Shown: positions 57,321 through 64,000 of the stretch, piece after piece
How the letters are laid out: every line of letters starts with the position of its first letter
Position numbering within the stretch: position 1 is the stretch's first letter
Source: Parcubacteria group bacterium
GTDB taxonomy: Bacteria; Patescibacteriota; Minisyncoccia; Phycocordibacterales; UBA2135
Assembly (NCBI GenBank): GCA_016180525.1
Contig: JACPBB010000002.1
Span: 48,824 to 112,823, forward strand
Length of the DNA stretch: 64,000 nucleotides
Direction of reading: 5' to 3'
The notes under the pieces: model-generated
What the model was told of the DNA's origin: nothing
The model's database searches: none
The model's input: only the letters and a program-made list of their open reading frames with translations
Program-made: the position numbers and the translations under genes

Positions 57321-57671
57321 GTGCTAAAAAAAAATCAAAAAATAAAACGGAAAGAATTTCTTGACGTTATGGCGCGAGGAAAAATATTTCACTCCCAGCA
57401 CCTCTCTTTGAGGGTTTCTAAAAAAGAAACTCAAAAAAATAATTCTCCCAAAATTTCTTTTGTTGTATCCGCCAAAGTCGCGCGAAAAGCAGTCGATAGA
57501 AATAAATTAAAACGAAGAGGATATATCATTGTTCGCGCGTTGCTCAAAAACATAAAGCAAAATTATTTTTTTGCTTTTTTCTTTAAAAAAGATTCTACTA
57601 CGCTTTTATTTGAAGAAATAAAAAAAGAAATTATTTTTTTATTAAGGCGTGCGGATGTTTTGTATGACTAA
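57321..57671 (+). CDS. rnpA: Ribonuclease P protein component
   Basis: F..V...G, FVVS.KV..KAVDRNKLKRR. Confidence 0.93.
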   Translation: MLKKNQKIKRKEFLDVMARGKIFHSQHLSLRVSKKETQKNNSPKISFVVSAKVARKAVDRNKLKRRGYIIVRALLKNIKQNYFFAFFFKKDSTTLLFEEIKKEIIFLLRRADVLYD

Positions 57672-57888
57672 AAAAATTGCAACATTTTTAATAACTTTTT
57701 ATCAAAAATTTTTTTCTCCCGACACAGGAATTACTGGAAGGAGAAATATTTGCGTTCTTTACCCAACTTGTTCTGAATATGCCAAAATCGCCATTGAAAA
57801 ATATGGGTTTATTAAGGGCGTAGTAAAATCAGTAGCACGCATTTTTCGGTGTCATCCGTGGCAGAAAAATCATATAGATGTACCGTAA
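57664..57888 (+). CDS. yidD: Membrane protein insertion efficiency factor
   Basis: YQ...SP, C..YPTCSEY...AIEKYG..KG.....RI.RCHP. Confidence 0.94.
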   Translation: MTKKIATFLITFYQKFFSPDTGITGRRNICVLYPTCSEYAKIAIEKYGFIKGVVKSVARIFRCHPWQKNHIDVP

Positions 57889-58011
57889 AACATATAACGT
57901 AAAACGCAAAATGTGGATTATAAAACCTGAAGTATAAATTGCAAAAATTCTTGAGTTATACGCCTTACGTTATGTGTTGCGCGTATTGTGTAAATCCCGT
58001 ACAATACGAGG

Positions 58012-58776
58012 ATGATTGCCGATATTTTTAATACGATTCTCTATGAACCCCTCTTAAACGGGTTGATTTTTTTAGTGGGCGTTATTCCTTATGGAGATGT
58101 CGGATTTGCCGTCATAATTCTTACGCTTTTGGTAAAAATTATTCTCTTCCCCCTTTCTCATAAATCAGTTAAAACACAGCGGAAAATGAAAGAGGTTGAG
58201 CCTGAAATTAAAAAAATAAAAGAAAAATATAGCAAAGACAAACAAGAACAGGCAAAAAAGGTAATGGAACTATACAAACAGCACAGCCTTAATCCTTTTT
58301 CTGGATGTTTATTTTTTGCCATACAGATGCCTATCATTATTGCTCTCTATTGGGTTTTCTGGAAAGGACTTACAAACGGCATCAACGCGGATCTTTTGTA
58401 TTCATTCATAACAGTTCCTGAATCAGTGCACTTTAACTTCTTGGGGTTTATCGATATGACCGGGCGTAGTTACTTTTTGGCGGCGTTTGCGGGCATCTCT
58501 CAATATATTCAACTCCAACTCTCTCTTCCTGCAACTCCGGTGTCATCGCTTAAGGCGGGGGGCTCGTTTAAAGATGAATTTGCAAGAAATTTTACGTTTC
58601 AGATGAGGTACGTGTTTCCTGTCTTTGTGTTTATAATTTCATATACGATTTCTTCCGCAGTTGCCTTATATTGGGCAGTATCAAACATCTTCATGATAGG
58701 GCATGAGCTTTTGGTGCGGCGGAAAGCAAGGGCTATCGCCAGCAATCCGGATACTCCGAATAAAATATCCGAATAA
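58012..58776 (+). CDS. yidC: YidC/Oxa1 membrane protein insertase
   Basis: AVIILT..VK..LFP, MELYK....NP.SGC, IQ.PI, LYW..SN. Confidence 0.95.
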   Translation: MIADIFNTILYEPLLNGLIFLVGVIPYGDVGFAVIILTLLVKIILFPLSHKSVKTQRKMKEVEPEIKKIKEKYSKDKQEQAKKVMELYKQHSLNPFSGCLFFAIQMPIIIALYWVFWKGLTNGINADLLYSFITVPESVHFNFLGFIDMTGRSYFLAAFAGISQYIQLQLSLPATPVSSLKAGGSFKDEFARNFTFQMRYVFPVFVFIISYTISSAVALYWAVSNIFMIGHELLVRRKARAIASNPDTPNKISE

Positions 58777-58866
58777 CTCGAATAGAGTTGCTACCGCTTG
58801 ATTTTATCTCTCAATCAGGTATATTCGGAGTATTCGGATACTCATTCATATATTCTGATTATTATC

Positions 58867-59358
58867 ATGGAAACCGCATTTATACAAAAAACAATAGAAG
58901 ACATATTGAGGTGCCTTTCTGTTGACGCCACGTTTTCGGGCATTGTTGAAATAAACAACGGAGATATTATAAAATTTTCAATTAAAACAAAAGAGCCCTA
59001 TATTTTGATAGGAGATGAGGGTAAAGTACTCATGGCTTTTAATCATTTGATTAAAAAGATTTTTGAGACTCAGTCCGTGAAACAAAATTTTAAACCACTT
59101 AATTTTATTGTGGATATTAATGATTATCAGGAGCAGAAAATTGAAGATATAAAAAATAAAGCTCGCATGATGGCGGAGCGAGCGCGCTTTTTTAAAAACA
59201 ATGTTGAGCTACCTGCCATGAATCCGTATGAACGAATGATTGTGCATTCGTTTTTCACGAATACGCCCGATATAGAAACTGAATCAACCGGCACAGGCCT
59301 CGAGCGCCGCGTCGTGATTAAATATGTAGGAACAACAGAAGAGGCTCTAGGAAACTAG
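58867..59358 (+). CDS. jag: Jag/EloR-like KH + R3H RNA-binding protein
   Basis: LIG..G..L, VD+N.Y, L..MN.YER..VH, TES.G....R.VVI. Confidence 0.88.
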   Translation: METAFIQKTIEDILRCLSVDATFSGIVEINNGDIIKFSIKTKEPYILIGDEGKVLMAFNHLIKKIFETQSVKQNFKPLNFIVDINDYQEQKIEDIKNKARMMAERARFFKNNVELPAMNPYERMIVHSFFTNTPDIETESTGTGLERRVVIKYVGTTEEALGN

Positions 59359-59409
59359 GCTTTAGGCGTTAGGAAAAATTAAAAAACCCTAAAGCCTAGA
59401 GCCTGACGC

Positions 59410-60645
59410 CTAAGGCCTAATTTTCAGGCTCCACAACGAGGAGTCTTTTTTGTTTCTGAAGATAAGGAGTGTTTCATCTAGAGAAAGCTCCGGATCAATG
59501 AGGTCAATCTCTGTTCGGGCGTCGTCTTCCGGAATCGCGAGAATGTTTAATGCGCCCGTTTCCGTATTTATTTTCCATATTGTGTCGGAGAAGGAAACTT
59601 TTCCTTGGTACCAAAAGTCAGGGTAGTCTCCTGTTTCAACTGAACGCGGCGCTCCACAGAAAAGCGTTACGTCATCCTTACTCCACGCACACTTTTCAGG
59701 AAGAGTTGTAATGGGGAATGCGGTTATCCCCCGCGTTCCTGTTCTGTGGAGAAATGTTTCAAAAGAATCGCTCGCACTTGCCGAAAAAATGACTTTGCTT
59801 TTATCATGTGAAACAAGTGCGGTTAACCCGGGGACATCTCCGAGCAGTTTACTCAAAACCCCAGTTTTACTATTAAGAGTGTACAAAAAACCTCTTACTA
59901 ACGCGGATGGCTTTGGAAGAAGAGTAATGGTGTTTGTGTCTACCCACTTCGGGATCCAGCCAACTATTGCAGATTCAAAAATTTGCTTTTTACTGCTCCC
60001 ATCAATTTTTGATATTGTTCCTATTGCTGCGTTTCCAAGAGAGAGAATATAAAACAAGTCTTGTCCGCTCGGAGAGATGGAGAGATTGTGAATATTGTCT
60101 GGAAGAAATGTTCCATTTAATGCTCCGTTGCTTCCCGTTGTTGTTGAAATTGCGATATTCGCCGCAACTGTTTTTATCGCGTTATTGTTTTCAAGATATT
60201 GAAATATGAGGTTTTCTCCACTTGCCCCCCACAGTATTTTTTGGATTCCCGGGACGGTTGTATTTGAAATCCTTTCCGCGCGCGCTCCACCCGACCCTAT
60301 TTCATAAACATGCCCTGTTTGTTTTTCTATATATCGTATAAAAGTTTTACCGTCTTTTTCAAAGACGACTGCCCCCGCGACGGGGCGAGAAGATATTTGC
60401 CGAAGACCACCCTTAAGGGGTTCTGCCGCTTCTTGTTTTTCTCCATCTCTGCTTATAGATGGTATTGTGGGGGCACCACCGGTGTCCCGAGAAGACCCTC
60501 CTCCAAAAGGAGAGATTTTGCTCGTTGTTAAGGGTTCTACACCTGGAATCTTGCCTTGCTGTATTAAAATAAATCCTCCCACAAAGAGCGCAATACCGAG
60601 CACGGCGAGAATCCCTATTGTTATGTAAATTGTTTTTTGGTGCAT
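59410..60645 (-). CDS. Membrane-anchored beta-propeller (TolB-like) protein
   Basis: N-terminal TM, repeated S.SP/WS.D blades, PD.WYQG...FSD. Confidence 0.65.
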   Translation of the reverse strand: MHQKTIYITIGILAVLGIALFVGGFILIQQGKIPGVEPLTTSKISPFGGGSSRDTGGAPTIPSISRDGEKQEAAEPLKGGLRQISSRPVAGAVVFEKDGKTFIRYIEKQTGHVYEIGSGGARAERISNTTVPGIQKILWGASGENLIFQYLENNNAIKTVAANIAISTTTGSNGALNGTFLPDNIHNLSISPSGQDLFYILSLGNAAIGTISKIDGSSKKQIFESAIVGWIPKWVDTNTITLLPKPSALVRGFLYTLNSKTGVLSKLLGDVPGLTALVSHDKSKVIFSASASDSFETFLHRTGTRGITAFPITTLPEKCAWSKDDVTLFCGAPRSVETGDYPDFWYQGKVSFSDTIWKINTETGALNILAIPEDDARTEIDLIDPELSLDETLLIFRNKKDSSLWSLKIRP

Positions 60646-60648
60646 GTT

Positions 60649-61392
60649 TTATTGTTTGACTTCACACACATAAGTGCCTGCAAAGTTTTGAGCAGTTCTT
60701 AAATATGAATAAGAAAATTCCCCTCCCTGTTTACTGCATACAATTCCAGCGGCCTTAACTTGTTCACCACTTACGTTTCCGGTTACGACTGCTTCAAAGT
60801 ATTTTCCTGTTTTGGGATCAAAATTAGTATATTTTAAAACATTTTCTTTTCTCCCGAGTAAGTCTTTGCCCGTAACGCTTGTTCCTGTTTTTGCGGCATT
60901 TTCTGCCTCTTTGACTGATGGTAGCGGAACTGTGGTTACATTTCTTGTCTCCGGAGAAAATTTAAATACCACCAAATCGGGGTTTATAGTTTCAAGCAAA
61001 AGATACCCGCCAAACGCTATGGCAAGTCCGAAAATCGCCATAGTAATTTTATTTTTCGCGTCCTCTTTTTTCGTAAACGCGTCGCTTCCCATGTATTCTA
61101 TCCCAGCAATAACAATAACAAGGACCGCAAGAACAATAGCAAGGCCGATACCCAAGAAAATAAGATTTTCAAGATACCCGATTGCGTTTGTTGTACCAAT
61201 TCCTTGCTGTCCCGGAAGTGAGGTAAGCGAAGTGTAGGAAACCTGAGCCACTTGCTCGTCACTTGCCACAGCAGCGGCATTTTGCTGGCCAGATTCATTC
61301 CATGCATATAGGCCGCCAATCATAATAAGCATTGTGGCGGTAACAATAAGAGGATGTTTTTTTTCTTGGACGAGTTTTAAAATTTTTTCCAT
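60649..61392 (-). CDS. VirB2/TrbC-type pilin-like protein
   Basis: LAV..I..AG..Y.......K..AK..I..AI.GL......YL+L..INP. Confidence 0.8.
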   Translation of the reverse strand: MEKILKLVQEKKHPLIVTATMLIMIGGLYAWNESGQQNAAAVASDEQVAQVSYTSLTSLPGQQGIGTTNAIGYLENLIFLGIGLAIVLAVLVIVIAGIEYMGSDAFTKKEDAKNKITMAIFGLAIAFGGYLLLETINPDLVVFKFSPETRNVTTVPLPSVKEAENAAKTGTSVTGKDLLGRKENVLKYTNFDPKTGKYFEAVVTGNVSGEQVKAAGIVCSKQGGEFSYSYLRTAQNFAGTYVCEVKQ

Positions 61393-61436
61393 ATAATTTT
61401 TTTCTAAATCCTAATACCCAATATCTAGAGCCTAAT

Positions 61437-62423
61437 CTAAAACCTTATAATTAATTCTGCCGCTGCCTCCTGAAGAATGTTTATTGCATTTTTTATTTCA
61501 AGAGCAACTTGTGCAATGCCTCCCGCGGTATCTCGTTTAAGCGTTATCTCGTTAATTTTTTCAGAAGATTCAACCGAATTGCTGTTCAGGGACCATCCAA
61601 AATTCACCTTCCGCGAAGCGAAGTCTTCTCCCGAGAAAAAATAAGGCTCCGCGCGAAGCGTTATCTCTTCTTGCGAAAGATTTAGCTGTGGTCCAAGCGC
61701 GTTGTCGTATTTGATTCCCTCTGTCGGATGTTTTTCATAAAAAATTATTTCAGGATTTCTTGACTCAATAACAACTGCGCTTCGCGCTTTGTATATTCCA
61801 TCTTGAGACGAAACAGAAACAGAAATATTGCTTGTTTGAAATAGTCCGGGGGCCGTAATAAAAATACTTTCTTTCCCCGTGCCAGAGAAGGACCCTAAAA
61901 CTCTTCTGTCCTGTTGCCAGGTATATATAAGACTATTTGAAGATATTTTCTTTCCGTTTTCAGAAATAAAATGTGGTATTGCCGCTATTTTTATTCTGCT
62001 TTTTGAGCTCGCGAGAGACTTTCCTTTATAAAACGGCGGAGCGTAAGTAAACGCTTCCCAAACAAGGTCAACTTCCGCGGGGTGCACTTCAAAATTTCGT
62101 TCAATGATTTCGTTTTCTGTATTTATTGTAATTTGAACCATAGACACAGAGCCCAACTCGCCTGTTTTAAAGGTGAATGTTGTTTTGCCGACACCATCCT
62201 GTTCCAATTTGTTATTTAGTCGCCAAGAGATACGCGCGGTATTTAAATTGATAGAAAAACTCTCTAATGCTACCAAAACATCTTCATAGGCACGGGGCTC
62301 CCCAGGGGTGATGCTTATGTTTATAGACGGTGCTATTTGAGCGTGCGCAGTAAAACCAGCAATTAAGAAAAATACTGAAATAATTGCTATTTGGGATGCT
62401 GTTTTTTTGATAAAAGATGTCAT
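61437..62423 (-). CDS. Secreted Ig-like domain protein
   Basis: Signal peptide ending AHA; WEA..Y.PPFYKGK; beta-rich repeats; L.AEPYFFS. Confidence 0.7.
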   Translation of the reverse strand: MTSFIKKTASQIAIISVFFLIAGFTAHAQIAPSINISITPGEPRAYEDVLVALESFSINLNTARISWRLNNKLEQDGVGKTTFTFKTGELGSVSMVQITINTENEIIERNFEVHPAEVDLVWEAFTYAPPFYKGKSLASSKSRIKIAAIPHFISENGKKISSNSLIYTWQQDRRVLGSFSGTGKESIFITAPGLFQTSNISVSVSSQDGIYKARSAVVIESRNPEIIFYEKHPTEGIKYDNALGPQLNLSQEEITLRAEPYFFSGEDFASRKVNFGWSLNSNSVESSEKINEITLKRDTAGGIAQVALEIKNAINILQEAAAELIIRF

Positions 62424-62426
62424 GAT

Positions 62427-62513
62427 TTAGGCGCTAGGCCTTAGGCGTTAGGCGTTAGGCGTTAGGATTTAATTTATTTTTCTAGAGCCTAACGCCTAAT
62501 GCCTAAAGCCTTA
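62427..62513. repeat. Heptamer (TTAGGCG)n array followed by its inverted counterpart
   Basis: TTAGGCG-like units, then CCTAACG-CCTAATG-CCTAAAG. Confidence 0.75.
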
Positions 62514-62517
62514 TTAA

Positions 62518-63999
62518 TTATACCCCACTCTGTCTGTTTTGAGGCAACTCAACTCTGTTCGGTGCAGACCCGCCTTGACTCGTCGGCGAGGCAGGCGTCT
62601 CACCCTGTAAAATTTCTTTGTCTCGCTTTGCTTTCTTAATGGCTAAAATTTCAGATGGTTTTGAGGTTATGAGCTGGTCTTCAGTGTAGGATGCGATTAC
62701 TTTGAGGGCTACGTGTTTTAGCCCTGCAAAAAATATCCCCTCTCCCACATCGGACTCAAGCAAGAGATATTTTTCCTCATCGGTTAAGTTGAACGTTTTC
62801 TGAATCAGGTCAATTGCCGTCGGCGACTGTTTAAAAAGAATTTGAATCGCAGAGTTTGTAAGCATCGCGTTTCCATATGAAGAACGGAGAAAATCCCCCA
62901 CATCTTGGGTAATAGTTGCAAGCCCAAGATAATATTTGCGGCCTCGTTTTGCCATACTGAAAAGAAACGAGGCCGTATCGTCTGCTTTCATCATCCACCA
63001 CGCCTCATCAATCACTAGCAGTCGTTTTTTAAGGTTTTTTCGTACTGCGTTCCAAATAAAATGAGTAATAATGTACATTGCAACCGGCTTTAGCTCGTCC
63101 TCCATGTCGCGAACGGAAAAGACGACGAATTTTTTATTTATATCAACGTTGGTCGGTCTGTTGATAAACCCGGACCATGTGCCCTTGGTATATTTGGAAA
63201 GTTTTTGTGATAGTGTTCCGCCCCCCTCCATGCCGGCAAGCACAAGCTCAAAATCAGAAAGGAGCGGCGGCTCTATATTACTAAAATTAGAATCGGGCGT
63301 AATGTCTTTTAGGGCATATGTTTCGGAAATCGCACGGTCTATAATAGCGTCTTCCTCTGGAGTGAGCCCGTTAAGCATTACTCTGAAGAGACCAACGAGA
63401 TTTACAATATTTGAACGCAGCACATCTGCCGGTGACTCATCTTCTCCGACTGGAGGCAAATCAAACGGATTAATATGGTGCTCGGAAGTGAGAGAAATAT
63501 TGAAATATCGTCCGTCTGCCGCTTCCGTCAGGTACTCATATTCTTTTTCCGGATCAATAACGATTACATCTGTGTCAAACATAAGGCTTCTCAGTATTTC
63601 AAGTTTAGTTGCATAAGATTTTCCTGCGCCGGAAGTCGCGAACATGACAGAGTTGTAGTTTTCCATTGAAAATCGGTCAAATAGAATTAAGCTTGAATTG
63701 TGGCGGTTTACTCCATAAAGGATTCCACGGTCAGAAGTAAGGTCAAATGACACAAACGGGAAGAAACTTGAAAGCGGAGAGGAATTGAGTTTGGAATGCG
63801 TTTTAAGCTGGTCGTCTGCTATGGGGAGCACGCTTTTGAACCCCTCTTCTTGCTGGAAGAGTGCTGGCCGGATATATATTAATTTTGATTCAAGTATTGA
63901 TTTAATTTCTGACTCTATTTTATCGAGCTCTTTTTCATTATCCGCGTATATACTGAGGTACAAGCCGACATCAAAGAGCTTTTCCCGCGCTTGCTGCAA
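62518..63999 (-). CDS. VirB4/TraC-like ATPase (5' part lies outside the window)
   Basis: SGAGKS, IDPE.EY, INPF, VIDEAW, K..RKY.....ITQ. Confidence 0.9.
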   Translation of the reverse strand: MQQAREKLFDVGLYLSIYADNEKELDKIESEIKSILESKLIYIRPALFQQEEGFKSVLPIADDQLKTHSKLNSSPLSSFFPFVSFDLTSDRGILYGVNRHNSSLILFDRFSMENYNSVMFATSGAGKSYATKLEILRSLMFDTDVIVIDPEKEYEYLTEAADGRYFNISLTSEHHINPFDLPPVGEDESPADVLRSNIVNLVGLFRVMLNGLTPEEDAIIDRAISETYALKDITPDSNFSNIEPPLLSDFELVLAGMEGGGTLSQKLSKYTKGTWSGFINRPTNVDINKKFVVFSVRDMEDELKPVAMYIITHFIWNAVRKNLKKRLLVIDEAWWMMKADDTASFLFSMAKRGRKYYLGLATITQDVGDFLRSSYGNAMLTNSAIQILFKQSPTAIDLIQKTFNLTDEEKYLLLESDVGEGIFFAGLKHVALKVIASYTEDQLITSKPSEILAIKKAKRDKEILQGETPASPTSQGGSAPNRVELPQNRQSGV

Positions 64000-64000
64000 C

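Noticed and set aside
62427-62513. Possible CRISPR array or telomere-like repeat
   Set aside because: Units are 7 bp with no unique spacers, and there are no cas genes in the window.
59410-63999. Conjugative element suggested by VirB4 and pilin
   Set aside because: No relaxase or integrase is visible; adjacent to core origin genes; such VirB4/pilin genes are normal chromosomal features in Patescibacteria.

Overview
Chromosomal window from an AT-rich, streamlined bacterium. The gene set (pilM-N-O, PilB-type ATPase, VirB4-like ATPase with VirB2-type pilin, short YebC, PolA lacking the proofreading domain, tRNA-Arg(GCG), few strong Shine-Dalgarno sites in core genes) suggests Patescibacteria/Parcubacteria; this is inference. 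The right end is the dnaN-dnaA-rpmH-rnpA-yidD-yidC-jag origin region. Housekeeping genes include rplS, uppS, rpsT, ruvABC, murE, polA, tsaE, tyrS and a class A PBP, plus seven tRNAs. Two things stand out. (1) A ~13.5 kb divergent cluster (19.8-33.3 kb) encoding YcaO, a SagB-type dehydrogenase, a methyltransferase, a DegT aminotransferase, a PRTase-PQQ-propeller-AMMECR1 fusion and an Asp/Asn beta-hydroxylase. It has no obvious free precursor peptide, but Gly/Cys/Ser-rich precursor-like segments are embedded in two membrane-anchored proteins that look like the swapped halves of one domain. A likely inactive C39-TPR protein has a C-terminal domain that recurs as a stand-alone gene at the other end of the cluster. 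(2) Two homologous 160-200 bp non-coding elements lie behind two different tRNAs. Each ends in a duplicate of its tRNA 3' end and carries an antisense segment matched to its own host tRNA T-arm. Other observations: a frameshifted yeaH in a yeaG-yeaH-spoVR operon, unannotated micro-ORFs with their own promoters, two candidate structured ncRNAs, and several small palindromic and heptamer repeat families. All calls were made by eye from the sequence; no database searches were run.
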